NCBI GenBank assembly: GCA_963849385.1
Contig: CAWKHH010000006.1
Location: 381,394-445,393 of the forward strand
DNA length: 64,000 nt
Direction of reading: 5' to 3'
Source: Ignavibacteriota bacterium
GTDB taxonomy: Bacteria > Bacteroidota > Ignavibacteria > UBA10030 > UBA6906
The notes under the pieces were generated by a model, which saw only the letters and a list, made by a program, of their open reading frames with translations, had not been told where the DNA came from and did not search any database. The position numbers and the translations under genes were made by a program. This document shows positions 1 to 10,269 of this stretch, in pieces; the first letter of the stretch is position 1; the number at the start of each line of letters is the position of its first letter.

Positions 1-1324
1 TGCGGCCGAATTGTTGCGGCAGATCGGGATAGAAGCCGATATTCTTGAAGAATCCTCGCGAATCACATTCGCCGGACAGTTTCGCCAGATGGCTGACCGT
101 CGCCGGATACATTTCTTCAAGAATGCGCTTGTCCTGTGTGTCAAGATATGTTTCATACGCAAGTGATGTCAGAAGGGCGTCAAGGGAACCGTGTGGCTGT
201 GTGTCAAGAGGTTCCAGAGAGCGGGTCCATCGCATGGGGATCAGTCCGCCTTCATCCCTGTGGGCGTTCACAAAGCGGACTGTTTTCTCTGCAAGCGCTG
301 TGCCCCCCCAACGCAGAGACGCAAGAGCGGTGACGATGGCGTCCCAGGCCCAGATCCAGTAGTAGCGTCCGGGCGTCGCCCGGGGAATGCCGTAGTCTCT
401 GACCACGCTCGACTCAACGAGTGCAGGAACCGATGCCACAAAGTCCACAACGTGAGGGGCATCAGGCATATGAAGCTGCGGTGCGATCCCGGAGATCCGG
501 GTTTGCTCTGACTGCACTCTCCCGGCATTCTCCAAGGGATCCGCATCGTTCGTATCTTGCGCTCCTTCATCTGCAAACTCAATAACAAAGGGGGGATGAG
601 GATCCGGGGACTTCACAGCCGAACGAACAAATGCCAGATCCTTCCCCCGCTCTTCTCTCGTGTACCCATTGCCTCCCAGAGTCACCGTCACTGTTGCATC
701 GTAGATCGGCATCAATGAATCCGCGTACTCCGGCAGGAGATCTTCCGCCGTTGCCGATCCGGAACGACATATTCGCGCAAAGATCCTCCGGCGAAGGGGT
801 TCGGGGATCAGGAAATCGCCGGCATACCGTCCTTTCCGTTTCATCCAGTCGCCAAGAATGATCCTATCACGAAACCGGAACGCCGCATGCGAACCGGTAG
901 AGGGAGCCGATGACCAGACGCGGACTCCCTGCACCTCCGAGAACAACGAGCTCGCATGAAAGAGCACGACGACTGCGGCGGCGGGCGAGGTGATCCGGGA
1001 GAAAGTGATGATGAGACTTCGTCCGGCCGGAGTTATCTCAATATCGACACTGCCATTGGAACAATTGCCGCGCACGCGAGCATACCCCGGCATCCACTCG
1101 ACGTCCCCGAACGACAGCTGTTCTTCCTTCCCGGCGGGATGACGAATCCAGAAACTACACACTCCTGCACCTCCCGCAAGCACTCTCGAATTCCGGCTGA
1201 CGGGTTGCGCGCCGTGGTACCCGATCTCCCCAATGGTGTTGGTCTCCCACGAAAGGAACGCGTAGGTTCTGTCGTCTGAGATCCAGCAACCGCGGTCGAC
1301 GAGTGTTTCAGGATGGATCGTCAC
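1..1324 (-). CDS. glycoside hydrolase-like protein with (alpha/alpha)6-barrel region (GDE_C / GH63 / GH15-like); partial, runs off left edge
   Basis: Stop-free minus-strand frame from GTG 1324 (GTGA overlap with the upstream stop at 1321) to base 1. It is absent from the ORF track because it has no stop in the window. Translation contains RYYWIWAWDAIVTALASLRWGGTALAEKTVRFVNAHRDEGGLIPMRW, typical of amylo-alpha-1,6-glucosidase/GH63-type barrels. Confidence 0.55.
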   Translation of the reverse strand, partial: MTIHPETLVDRGCWISDDRTYAFLSWETNTIGEIGYHGAQPVSRNSRVLAGGAGVCSFWIRHPAGKEEQLSFGDVEWMPGYARVRGNCSNGSVDIEITPAGRSLIITFSRITSPAAAVVVLFHASSLFSEVQGVRVWSSAPSTGSHAAFRFRDRIILGDWMKRKGRYAGDFLIPEPLRRRIFARICRSGSATAEDLLPEYADSLMPIYDATVTVTLGGNGYTREERGKDLAFVRSAVKSPDPHPPFVIEFADEGAQDTNDADPLENAGRVQSEQTRISGIAPQLHMPDAPHVVDFVASVPALVESSVVRDYGIPRATPGRYYWIWAWDAIVTALASLRWGGTALAEKTVRFVNAHRDEGGLIPMRWTRSLEPLDTQPHGSLDALLTSLAYETYLDTQDKRILEEMYPATVSHLAKLSGECDSRGFFKNIGFYPDLPQQFGR

Positions 1325-1849
1325 GTGTGCCCTTCGCACGAAAGCCAATATCCGTCAAACGTTGCCGCAATGCTGTCTGTGAGCATCAGTCGAAACGTGC
1401 CTTCAGCCTCCGTCGGCACAATGGGGATGAATGTCAGGAGCGAGTGCATAGCACCACACAAACCGTGCTTCAGAAGAACGGACCCGGCCAACCAGGTGGT
1501 AGTCTCTTGTGCCATCGTTGGGATACGCAGGAACAAATGCCGTAAGCGCGGATGACCACGACGACGCTGTCGGAGCAAACAGTACGAGGCGAATCCCGCC
1601 GTCCACGCTGTAGCAGATCGAATCTTCCGATGGCATCCTGACAAAATCTCCCCAGGAGTGCGCATTCCATTCTATCGAGCGGGGTGCATCACAACGGATG
1701 ACGTCAACGCCCGCGACGAACATGTCGGTGGTGACGCACACCGCGCGACGGTAGCTTTGCACTCCAAGGTGCCTGAGGTACGCGGCTGTCAGATCCACAG
1801 AGATATCGACGGTAGCGCCATGGTGCCGCACATCAGGACAGTTGGGCAA
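1321..1849 (-). pseudogene. C-terminal beta-sandwich continuation of the heparinase II/III-like gene, split over two further frames
   Basis: ORF 1403..1849 reads native-like (VDISVDLTAAYLRHLGVQSYRRAVCV...FVAGVDVIRCDAPRSIEWNAHSWGDF). ORF 1321..1665 then reads GSVLLKHGLCGAMHSLLTFIPIVPTEAEGTFRLMLTD...stop. Together these imply frame changes near 1840 and near 1550. Confidence 0.5.
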
Positions 1850-3692
1850 GCATCTCCGGCGGGATGAAATCCGGCAGCCACACCGTGGAATCTCCGATCT
1901 GTCCCTGGCCGTCGACGGTAATCACATTATGGAGTCGCGTGTCTCTCCTGTATACAGGTCCGGAACCGTTTGCGACAAACGACCGCGCATTGCGAAGGAG
2001 GAACGATCCATTTGCGGGGTCGCTGTGGCCATAGGCGCCGTACTCTCCCTGCACGTATCGTTGCATCCCGATAGGGGACCCCGACCGCAGAGTAAACACC
2101 GAAGTCGCGGATTTTATGCACACCTGTCCGCCATCGGCAAAATGAGAGACACCCGACACCGGTGCCTGCGGCTCGATTGTCGGGTCGAAGAAGAGGAATT
2201 CATAGAGCCGTCGTCGCGCCGGTATACTCCGGAAATCGACGCCAGCGTGCGGGAGATCTTCCAGCAATGTACCAACCCGTTGTGCTTCACGCGACCCGGT
2301 ACGGGCAGCGATCAGGAAGTGGCACCAGCTGTCACCGCCGGTCCGGTACTGGGGGTCGCCGAATGTCACCCCGAGGAGGCCGTCCGGCGAGAGCGTGGCT
2401 GCGCGGAAACGGGATGCATGGGCAAGTCCCGGATGTGCCTGCCAGAGATCTTCACCGGTACATGCGCGCAGCATCTCAATCCAGCGAAGGAGAAATCCGA
2501 ATTCATAAATCCAGAGGTTGATGCCATGGGGATAGAACCCATCTTCCGGAACCAACTGCAGCGCAGACTCGAGGGCTCCCCGAAGCCACGCAGCCCAACT
2601 CTTTGACTGTGGATGGTTCTCCCAGGTGACAAATGAAAATGCGAGAAGTCCCAACCCGCATCCGAGGTAATGTGCCTGGCCATAGTCGTGCCGCTTGTAC
2701 CCGAGATGGGCAAAACATATATCTGCCACATCCCTCAAGCGCTGTTGCGCGGCGCGCTCTTCGTCGGGCGACAGAAATGACACAAGCCAATCGTATCCCA
2801 CGGAAAGCGTGAAGAGCACTTCACCGGCCTGGGTATCAATACGAAGCGGTTCGAAATCGGCGCGTCCGGTCTCGGCAATGTAGCTGCGGTATGCCCCGAG
2901 CGCCCTCCGGACATTCTCGTCATCCGGCGACATCAACGCAATGAATGCTGAAAGAAGCACTCTATCCTCAGAGGAGAGTCGCTCGGGCCCTTCAATGGTC
3001 TTCGATTCTGCGGTCTTTTCGAACGGCAGGTCCCATGAGCCCATCATCGCAAGTATAGTGTCCCATTTCTTTCGGTGGGACCCGCGGGCCTTCAGACGGA
3101 GTGCCGGGATATCGTTTGGTGTGAAGAGGAGTCGGGGATGAATGCCGACAAGATCTTCCCGAAGCGACACGTCCCGATCGGTCGCCGTGAGCGCCGCAGT
3201 GCGGTACAGGATAGCGCGCTTCGGGACAATGAACGGGTCGGGACTTGACAGCGCGAGTTCCCCGTTACCGTCACATGCTATCCTGCTGATGAAGCGCAGC
3301 ACCGAACATTGAATTTCATCGCCCCAGAATGATTCCCGGACTTCGGCATCCACTGATCCATACCGGATGCCCAATACCGGAATGCGTGGGATATCACGCC
3401 ATCCAGGCCATGGACCGACACGAATACCATCAGCATCAGTGGAGAACTCCATTGTAGAAAACGTGTATGGATCCGAGGGGTTTGTGTGGCGGACAAACCG
3501 GCAGAAGCGTTCAAACTGGAACCCATCGGCAGCGCATTCAACAAGCAACGTCACTTCACCCCGGAGGGACTCCGGCAGCGCAACAGTATACGGGCCGCCC
3601 ATCTGTTTGGGTGGCATCACATCGAACGTACCTAGAGGTATCGGGGCACGCGAATTGACCGGTAATCGATGGCCTGCTGGCAACGTCGGCAT
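1833..3692 (-). CDS. heparinase II/III family (polysaccharide-lyase-like) protein, main ORF
   Basis: 619-aa ORF with no signal peptide. The block YGHSDPANGSFLLRNARSF...RLHNVITVDGQGQ matches the conserved Heparinase II/III-like region. Its C-terminus appears to continue in other frames (next feature). Confidence 0.7.
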   Translation of the reverse strand: MPTLPAGHRLPVNSRAPIPLGTFDVMPPKQMGGPYTVALPESLRGEVTLLVECAADGFQFERFCRFVRHTNPSDPYTFSTMEFSTDADGIRVGPWPGWRDIPRIPVLGIRYGSVDAEVRESFWGDEIQCSVLRFISRIACDGNGELALSSPDPFIVPKRAILYRTAALTATDRDVSLREDLVGIHPRLLFTPNDIPALRLKARGSHRKKWDTILAMMGSWDLPFEKTAESKTIEGPERLSSEDRVLLSAFIALMSPDDENVRRALGAYRSYIAETGRADFEPLRIDTQAGEVLFTLSVGYDWLVSFLSPDEERAAQQRLRDVADICFAHLGYKRHDYGQAHYLGCGLGLLAFSFVTWENHPQSKSWAAWLRGALESALQLVPEDGFYPHGINLWIYEFGFLLRWIEMLRACTGEDLWQAHPGLAHASRFRAATLSPDGLLGVTFGDPQYRTGGDSWCHFLIAARTGSREAQRVGTLLEDLPHAGVDFRSIPARRRLYEFLFFDPTIEPQAPVSGVSHFADGGQVCIKSATSVFTLRSGSPIGMQRYVQGEYGAYGHSDPANGSFLLRNARSFVANGSGPVYRRDTRLHNVITVDGQGQIGDSTVWLPDFIPPEMLAQLS

Positions 3693-3896
3693 AGGTGTTT
3701 CTCGTCCGGTACGTGAGCTATCAACGTTGCATGGGGAACACGATTTCCGGCATTCCTGCAGGCGGGAAGAAAACCCTGGTCAACCCTTTGCACTCCGGAA
3801 GAATCACACCTGCCTCACGGTACTGCAGCCGACCCGAGAAGGCGTAGCCGTGCCTCGACGGACAAACGGAGACCATCGTTCCCCGGGTGAGCGGGG

Positions 3897-5795
3897 TCAC
3901 GGTTGCCCAGCTGTTGTTGTGGTGCTTCGAGTGCGCGAAGTGCTGAAAGGGTATGCAACCAAGCCACAACGGAGGCAATCGTTGCTCCCTCCAGGAATCG
4001 AGAGCCGGGTGCACATGCGTCCCGTTGTCGTGCGTCGTGGTGTCCCCTCCATACAAAACACATTCTTCCCCCCGGTCCGCATGAGAGCAAGCATTTCCGG
4101 AGTCCGTACCTGCGCGAACGGAAGGATGACGGCACGATACCGCGAACTGCCGAGATGAAACTCGCCCTTGACCCACCGACCTTCCCGGCAGATCGAAGGT
4201 GCGTGAACATCCACCTGAACATGATTGTCGAGCAGGGCAAGAATGAGCCGGAACACTTCGGCTGAAGCGGCGTCAGCGGCAGGACCGGCGAGGGCATACA
4301 GTGTTTCAACTGGAAACACCACAAGAACCCCCGATTCCGGGAGTGTGTTATCGACGGCACCGAGATGTTCGCTCAAACGAGCGTTCCATTCCGGGAAATG
4401 GGGCCACGTGTTGTGCGCAGGATACCCCGGAAGAGGCGGAGACCCGAGGAATGAACGTTCTTCCCCGATTGTGCCAACCGGACCATAGGCATGTGCGAGC
4501 CACCGCAGACCGAAGATCGCCATGGTATCAACACAGTAGTTCATAATGGTGGTCTGCCACCCCTCCCCTTCATCATCACCCACAGTCCAGAGATTGTTGT
4601 ACGCGAAGTTCCCCTTGCTCATTTTTCCGAGTGAGGCGCATATGACGTTCATCGCAGCCAGGTTGGCATACCACGGCGCGTGCGGTTCGCGCAGTTTATC
4701 GATTCCTCCGAGATCGACGAAGCCGCCGGTCTTTGTTTTCATTGCCTCCCAGAGATCGAGACTGCCATGGTTCATGTCGCACATGTCGGCCGATTCAAAA
4801 TGCCACGTATCGTGAATCCCTGACACGGTCCGTGAGCCCCACAATTTCTGAATGTGTTTAGTCGATGATGCGTTGGCAGCATTCAATGTCCGCTGGACGG
4901 ACGTGTAGTAGGCGCATCGTACGCGGATGTGGCTCTCATTGCCGGCTGGGAGCGCGAGTTTCCAGAGATCAGCCCGGAGTTCGTTTCCGGCGATGGCGTG
5001 GTATTCCTTCAGGATCGCCGGTGTAGACGGCAGTGTACCGTAGGTGCAAGTGTACCCCGCCTCATCCCACATGATGCCGTCGGCAGCGCATCCTTCTTTC
5101 TTAAGAGTATCCAGCATCGACATATACCGCTGCATCTGTGACCTGTTGGAGTAATCCACATGACTCGTATCGGCCTCAAAGAATGCGAGGATGCGCCAGT
5201 CATCACCCTTGAGTCCTTGCAAAGTACCGAAGGCCTCCACATAGCGCGCACGGGCATTATAGAAGAAACAGCTTTGCTGAGTGACATCCAGAACCTTCTC
5301 CGGAGCGCCGTCATCCCCGTGAAGCAGAACAGCATAGACGCGCGCGATTCCCCGGGGATAGTACTCAATGGCCACTTCATTCAGCGTATGCACATGACGG
5401 GGTTCGAGGTCGCAGCGAACGGAGAATTGGCCTTCGCGAATGGTGCCGAAGTTGGGAAAACGATCGGCGCGTGTTCGATTGCCGAACAGCAGCACTTCCA
5501 TTCCACCCTTCGTGCCGATAAGTTGCCGGGAGACGAAGCGCGGATCAGGGCCAAGCCAGCACGCCATGCCGAATCGCCGGCACAGTCTGCCAATCCCGCG
5601 CATCGCAACCCGCGCCGGAGGATCGTTCCATGTATAGCGGCTGCATCGCACATAGACCGCAACCCCGCCAAAACCCGATCGCCGAATGTCGTGAAATTGG
5701 CTTACACGTAACTTCTCGTTCTCAATGACTTCGTCGGTCAGGGTCCAGACCATCAAGGTTGCCGGCGTACAGTGACCCTGTGAGCGTGCGTTCAT
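3897..5795 (-). CDS. large cytoplasmic hypothetical protein in glycan cluster (family not recognised)
   Basis: 632-aa ORF with an ATGA overlap with the upstream gene at 5792-5795 and no signal peptide. The last ~60 aa look out of frame (TPRRTTTGRMCTRLS...). The frame of ORF 3721..4176 reads native-like (VLYGGDTTTHDNGTHVHPALDSW...), so a frame change near 4075 and a true stop at 3721 are likely. Confidence 0.45.
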   Translation of the reverse strand: MNARSQGHCTPATLMVWTLTDEVIENEKLRVSQFHDIRRSGFGGVAVYVRCSRYTWNDPPARVAMRGIGRLCRRFGMACWLGPDPRFVSRQLIGTKGGMEVLLFGNRTRADRFPNFGTIREGQFSVRCDLEPRHVHTLNEVAIEYYPRGIARVYAVLLHGDDGAPEKVLDVTQQSCFFYNARARYVEAFGTLQGLKGDDWRILAFFEADTSHVDYSNRSQMQRYMSMLDTLKKEGCAADGIMWDEAGYTCTYGTLPSTPAILKEYHAIAGNELRADLWKLALPAGNESHIRVRCAYYTSVQRTLNAANASSTKHIQKLWGSRTVSGIHDTWHFESADMCDMNHGSLDLWEAMKTKTGGFVDLGGIDKLREPHAPWYANLAAMNVICASLGKMSKGNFAYNNLWTVGDDEGEGWQTTIMNYCVDTMAIFGLRWLAHAYGPVGTIGEERSFLGSPPLPGYPAHNTWPHFPEWNARLSEHLGAVDNTLPESGVLVVFPVETLYALAGPAADAASAEVFRLILALLDNHVQVDVHAPSICREGRWVKGEFHLGSSRYRAVILPFAQVRTPEMLALMRTGGKNVFCMEGTPRRTTTGRMCTRLSIPGGSNDCLRCGLVAYPFSTSRTRSTTTTAGQP

Positions 5796-7159
5796 GCGTG
5801 CCTCGTAAGGTGGACATTATCAAACCAGCAGGACCCCGCTCCATCCATCTCCAGAAGGATGTGCACCCTATCAGCAGCCGGAATCACGGGCGGGGATGCC
5901 ACCTCGAGATGTGTCCAGGCCGTGGTGCCGGTCACCCGTGCGGTACAGCGATACAGTTCATACTGTGCGGTATCGTAGAGCCCATGAGTCCCGCTCCGAT
6001 GAAGCCGGATCGCCACGGTGGCCGATCCTGATGTGAGTGCAGTTCTCACATACGCACTGAGCCTGACATGCTCGCCCTCTGTGAAGTCCATCTGGCGGAA
6101 TGCAGGTCCAATCGCGGTGGCTTTCCACATGGCTTTGGCGGAAGCGGGAGAGTCTATGCGAATGGACGCGTGGTCATCCCAACCGCAGGTTCGATCCGCG
6201 ACAAAGCGCACGGAAGCGGGATCACCGGCGAGCACCTCGGTTTCCCAGGGCCAGACGTCGGCAGGATCCTGTCTCGTCGTTGCGCATGTCTCAGCAAACG
6301 TGTGCACACCGTCGACAATAATCGGTGTGAGATCCGGTTCGGGAGCGGGGATCTCTTTCGCTCTTCCGGCAAGGCGCGCCCCTTCATCCCTGTCAATGGT
6401 CGAGAGCCGATATGATGCAGTGTAGATCGATCCGCCGGACAGCACACGGTCCAGACCATCGCCGCACACTTTGTATGCAAGGTGCGCATCCCACATATAC
6501 GCGCAAATCCCGGCAGTCACGCCATCGGTCGATCGCAGCGTCAGGCAAAGATTCTCTTCTTCGAGCAGCCAGATCATGCGATCGCCACCCCGCATGGCAA
6601 TGTTGTGTTTGTCCGCAGATTCCAGATGATGATGCGGGATTTTCATCACCCGATCCCCGCGATCAAGATAACATGCGTTGTACCGAAGAGGCCTGCCCCT
6701 GTCAGCGGAAAACACCCCTTCCGGCCAGAGGTTGCAGAACTCGACCTCTCCATGATTTGGATTGGGCGTCACTAACCACTCGCGGCCTTCCGGAATGTGC
6801 AACGTCGCCTGGATGGCAATTTCGTACAGGCGCTTCCCGGCTGTGTGCGCAAACACGACATGAAAGGCGCTTTCCGCTGAACCGGAGCGGGTCATTCCTT
6901 TGCAGACAATCTCCAGTCGGTCTTCAGTTGCTTCCTGTATCTGAAGGGTACCGTTGCTCCCGGTATTTCTTTCAGGATCCTGATGGTTCGCGTATTGCTC
7001 CCAGAACAGCGGCAGGGGGACTTCCTCACCGATCAGCGGCCGTCCGCCGGGCCGGAAGCGGACATTCTGTAACTGGAGATCCCTTATTTGAGCGATAACT
7101 TCACTCCCGTCCCGGATCACCAGCGATGCATCATCTGTTTGGTCACCGGTCAGCGCCAC
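5792..7159 (-). CDS. hypothetical protein with C-terminal CBM4/9-like carbohydrate-binding module
   Basis: 455-aa ORF. The C-terminal ~140 aa (SAYVRTALTSGSATVAIRLHRSG...AWTHLEV...SCWFDNVHLTR) resemble a CBM jelly-roll. It is translationally coupled to its neighbours. Confidence 0.45.
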   Translation of the reverse strand: MALTGDQTDDASLVIRDGSEVIAQIRDLQLQNVRFRPGGRPLIGEEVPLPLFWEQYANHQDPERNTGSNGTLQIQEATEDRLEIVCKGMTRSGSAESAFHVVFAHTAGKRLYEIAIQATLHIPEGREWLVTPNPNHGEVEFCNLWPEGVFSADRGRPLRYNACYLDRGDRVMKIPHHHLESADKHNIAMRGGDRMIWLLEEENLCLTLRSTDGVTAGICAYMWDAHLAYKVCGDGLDRVLSGGSIYTASYRLSTIDRDEGARLAGRAKEIPAPEPDLTPIIVDGVHTFAETCATTRQDPADVWPWETEVLAGDPASVRFVADRTCGWDDHASIRIDSPASAKAMWKATAIGPAFRQMDFTEGEHVRLSAYVRTALTSGSATVAIRLHRSGTHGLYDTAQYELYRCTARVTGTTAWTHLEVASPPVIPAADRVHILLEMDGAGSCWFDNVHLTRHA

Positions 7160-8489
7160 TCTCGAGGCCTTTCAATGCCCGTTCAATATCCGATCGGAAG
7201 ACGGGATGCAATTCTTTCCTCATTGCCAGATCCTGGAGATCACGGCGGACGTGAGCATTCACCTCTGGCATCTGTGCCTGGAGATCGTCAACCGTGATCG
7301 CGCCTGCCCAGAGACGATCCAGCGCCGGTTGAAGTTTTTCGAGAATCGACGCAGACGTCCAACTGGAGTACCGGACGAAGAAACGGGGATCTCCGCCGTC
7401 GTGCCGGAGACTGAGATTCCATACATCGGCAAAACCGCTGCCCACGAGTTGCGGGTAGCGCCGCTCCCATCCACCCACAAAATCGATGTCGCGCAAAACC
7501 GGGTTGGGTTGGTAGAGCTGTGCACCCGCGACGATCCATTTGAGCGCCTCCCAGGCGGCCTTCGGATTCTCTGTTCTCGCACTGATCGACAGCCCGCCGC
7601 TTCCGCTCCTGAAATACCTGACCGGCTTACCCGGGATGCGCGGAAGCGGAGCGACACCCCACTTGATGCTCAGTGTCTCGATCAGCATCTGGTGGGGTAC
7701 GGCTTCCACAAGCATACCGACCCTTCCGCTTTCCAGCAGCTGCGAAGCCTGCATCCCCATTGCCTGGATGCGGCGCAGATCAGGCATGATCTTCTCATGC
7801 ATCAGCGAGAGGTACATGGCAAAGGCTTCGGCCGATTCACGGGTGATGGAGGCCGTCAGGGCACGTGGTGCGATCTCCGCGCCGTTCATCATCTCGAGCA
7901 TTTCAACAAAGTGGCTTCCGATGAAGATGCCATAGACTTCAGGCACACCATCGTTATCCCTGTCTTTTGTCAGGCGACGGGCAATATTGACCATCGTCTC
8001 CCACGTCCACGCAGTATCAGGATACGGGATGCCTTCTGCATCAAACATCGCGCGATTGTAGTAGACGCCGATCGTGGTGCTCCAGTTTCCCACACTGTAC
8101 CACCCGTCATCGACAGATTTTCCGCTTTGCACAACGGCCGGCCAGAGACGAGCCACAAAGGGATCATCGTTGCTCATCGTGCGGAGGTCGAGGAGCCTCC
8201 CCTCGGCGGCAAGATGGTCACGCATCGTGTTGTTTGTGTAGAAGATGTCGGGGGTCTGTCCGGCGACCATCATTGCATAGAGCTTGTCCTGACCCGTGAA
8301 CGGGTTGAGGCGGATCCGAATCCCTGAAGCGGCCTCGAACCCGGGGATCTCCGTCCCCAGCGCAGTGATGTCGGCCGCATTTGCGGCGCAATTGTACACG
8401 ACCTCGATACCCTTTGAGTGATCCCGGCATGACGGCATGGCCAGCACGAGGCATAGCACGGGAAACGCGAACATGCTCCTGATCATCAT
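7143..8489 (-). CDS. sugar ABC transporter substrate-binding lipoprotein (family 1 SBP)
   Basis: Lipoprotein signal MMIRSMFAFPVLCLVLAMPSC starts at ATG 8489, which overlaps the permease stop as ATGA. The SBP-like body includes FTGQDKLYAMMVAGQTPDIFY. Confidence 0.75.
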   Translation of the reverse strand: MMIRSMFAFPVLCLVLAMPSCRDHSKGIEVVYNCAANAADITALGTEIPGFEAASGIRIRLNPFTGQDKLYAMMVAGQTPDIFYTNNTMRDHLAAEGRLLDLRTMSNDDPFVARLWPAVVQSGKSVDDGWYSVGNWSTTIGVYYNRAMFDAEGIPYPDTAWTWETMVNIARRLTKDRDNDGVPEVYGIFIGSHFVEMLEMMNGAEIAPRALTASITRESAEAFAMYLSLMHEKIMPDLRRIQAMGMQASQLLESGRVGMLVEAVPHQMLIETLSIKWGVAPLPRIPGKPVRYFRSGSGGLSISARTENPKAAWEALKWIVAGAQLYQPNPVLRDIDFVGGWERRYPQLVGSGFADVWNLSLRHDGGDPRFFVRYSSWTSASILEKLQPALDRLWAGAITVDDLQAQMPEVNAHVRRDLQDLAMRKELHPVFRSDIERALKGLESGADR

Positions 8490-9352
8490 CCCCGCAACCC
8501 TCCCATGGCAATTCCTTTGATGAACTGTTTCTGAGCCAGCGCGAAGGCAATAACGTTCGGGAGCATAATCAGGACCGCACCGGCCATGAGAAGATGCCAT
8601 TGCGTGGCGCCCGTCCCCACGATCTGCGACTTCAGCATGTTCAATCCGAGTGTCAGTGTCGCCAGTTCCGGTGAATTCAGATAGACAAGCGGACCGAAGA
8701 AATCATTCCACGTACCGACGAATGTAAAGAGAGCGACCGTGGCGAGAGCCGGCCGGGCAAGAGGGAGCACAATGCTCCAATAGATTCTGAAGCGTCCCGC
8801 GCCATCCAGCATCGCTGCTTCGTCGTACTCTTTGGGAATCGTGAGGAAGAATTGGCGGAGCAGAAAGATATAGAACGGGGAACCGAAGAACGCCGGAACA
8901 ACGAGAGGCAGGTACGTGTCCACCCAACCGATCGACGAAAAGAACATGTAGAGGGGAATCATGGTCACCTGTCCGGGAAGCATCATGGTGGCAAGACAGA
9001 TGGAAAAGAGGGTGTTACGTCCCTTGAATCGCAGCCGGGAAAAGCCGAAGGCGACAAGTGAGCATGAAAGGAGTGTGCCTGTGAGCGTCAGGGCGGTAAT
9101 GATCGCGGTATTTACCGTGTAGCGCCAGAACGGAAGAAGCGACGTCACGTCTGCATAATTCCTCCACATCACACGATCAGGAATCCACCGGAATGGCTGG
9201 GCAAACACTCCCGGGAGATCATGTATCGATACGGAGAGCATCCAGGCGAATGGTGCAAAGAAAAGCGCACTGAGTGCGAGCAGGCACAGGTAGGCCGCAG
9301 AACACCAGATTGCTGTTCGCCAGAACGGCGTCTTGAGTCGCCATTGTTCCAT
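8486..9352 (-). CDS. carbohydrate ABC transporter permease (MalG/UgpE-like)
   Basis: EAA-loop region EYDEAAMLDGAGRFRIYWSIVLPLARPAL and multiple TM segments. The likely start is ATG 9352, 2 nt after the upstream stop. Confidence 0.8.
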   Translation of the reverse strand: MEQWRLKTPFWRTAIWCSAAYLCLLALSALFFAPFAWMLSVSIHDLPGVFAQPFRWIPDRVMWRNYADVTSLLPFWRYTVNTAIITALTLTGTLLSCSLVAFGFSRLRFKGRNTLFSICLATMMLPGQVTMIPLYMFFSSIGWVDTYLPLVVPAFFGSPFYIFLLRQFFLTIPKEYDEAAMLDGAGRFRIYWSIVLPLARPALATVALFTFVGTWNDFFGPLVYLNSPELATLTLGLNMLKSQIVGTGATQWHLLMAGAVLIMLPNVIAFALAQKQFIKGIAMGGLRG

Positions 9353-9354
9353 CG

Positions 9355-10269
9355 TTAGTGTTCCCCGGCTTCGTAGTAGACCCATTTCCGCGAGAGCTTC
9401 GTTTGCAGTAGGGTGAAGAGGAGGATGAGAAAGAAGATGACCCATGCAAGTGATGACGCATAGCCCATCTTGAATTCCTGGAAGGCCTTCTTATATACAT
9501 AGAGTACGACGAAGAGCGTGGCGTTATTCGGTCCTCCTTCCGTGCCCGGTTGAGCGGCACCGGTCATGACGAAGGCCTGCGTGAAAACCTGAAATCCTCC
9601 GATGATGCCGATGACCAGGCTGAAGAACACCGCCGGCGAAATCATGGGCATGGTGATGGAGAAGAATCGCCGGAGAGGACCGGCGCCGTCGAGCGCAGCG
9701 GCCTCATACAGCTCAATCGGCACTCCCTGCAGCGCTGCAAGGAATATGATCATTGATCCGCCAATTCCCCACAGCGACATCAGGACGAGTGCCGGTTTGG
9801 CCCACGTATCGCTTTGCAGCCAGAGCGGTCCTGCCACGCCAATTACCCTCAGCGCGTTGTTCAATAATCCAAATTCGGGGTTGAATACCCAGATCCAGAG
9901 AATGGAGACTGCAACGAGGTTCGTAATCGACGGGAGGAAGAAGACCGTCCGGAAGAAGCCCATCCCCGGAAGGCGCAGGTTCAGCAGGAGGGCGAGGGAA
10001 AGCGCGAGAACCGTCGCCAGAGGCACCGAGAGGAGAACGTAGTACGCCGTATTGAAAAGGGATTGCGCGAAGAGAGGATCATCATTGAACATCCGCTCGT
10101 AGTTTTCCAGGCCGATCCACGACGGGGGTGAAAGCATCGTCCATGCAGAGAAACTTGCCCCCAAAGAAACGATCATCGGACCGAGAGTAAACACCCCGAA
10201 CCCGATAAGCCAGGGGGAAATGAATCCAAGACCGGCCAACTGTTCCTGTCTGGAAGGCGACCACTTCAC
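9355..10269 (-). CDS. carbohydrate ABC transporter permease (MalF/UgpA-like)
   Basis: ELYEAAALDGAGPLRRFFSITMPMISPAV EAA loop with six hydrophobic segments. Confidence 0.8.
   Translation of the reverse strand: MKWSPSRQEQLAGLGFISPWLIGFGVFTLGPMIVSLGASFSAWTMLSPPSWIGLENYERMFNDDPLFAQSLFNTAYYVLLSVPLATVLALSLALLLNLRLPGMGFFRTVFFLPSITNLVAVSILWIWVFNPEFGLLNNALRVIGVAGPLWLQSDTWAKPALVLMSLWGIGGSMIIFLAALQGVPIELYEAAALDGAGPLRRFFSITMPMISPAVFFSLVIGIIGGFQVFTQAFVMTGAAQPGTEGGPNNATLFVVLYVYKKAFQEFKMGYASSLAWVIFFLILLFTLLQTKLSRKWVYYEAGEH

Noticed and set aside
7206-8327. Long antisense ORFs opposite well-supported genes: 7206..8327, 14646..15665, 23148..23927, 28489..29517, 57310..58302 and 60475..61617, at 259-380 aa.
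   Set aside because: Each lies entirely opposite a gene with clear family motifs (SBP, ABC ATPase, TonB receptor, TypA and others). Their translations are Arg/His/Pro-rich low-complexity sequences, as expected from GC-rich antisense frames.
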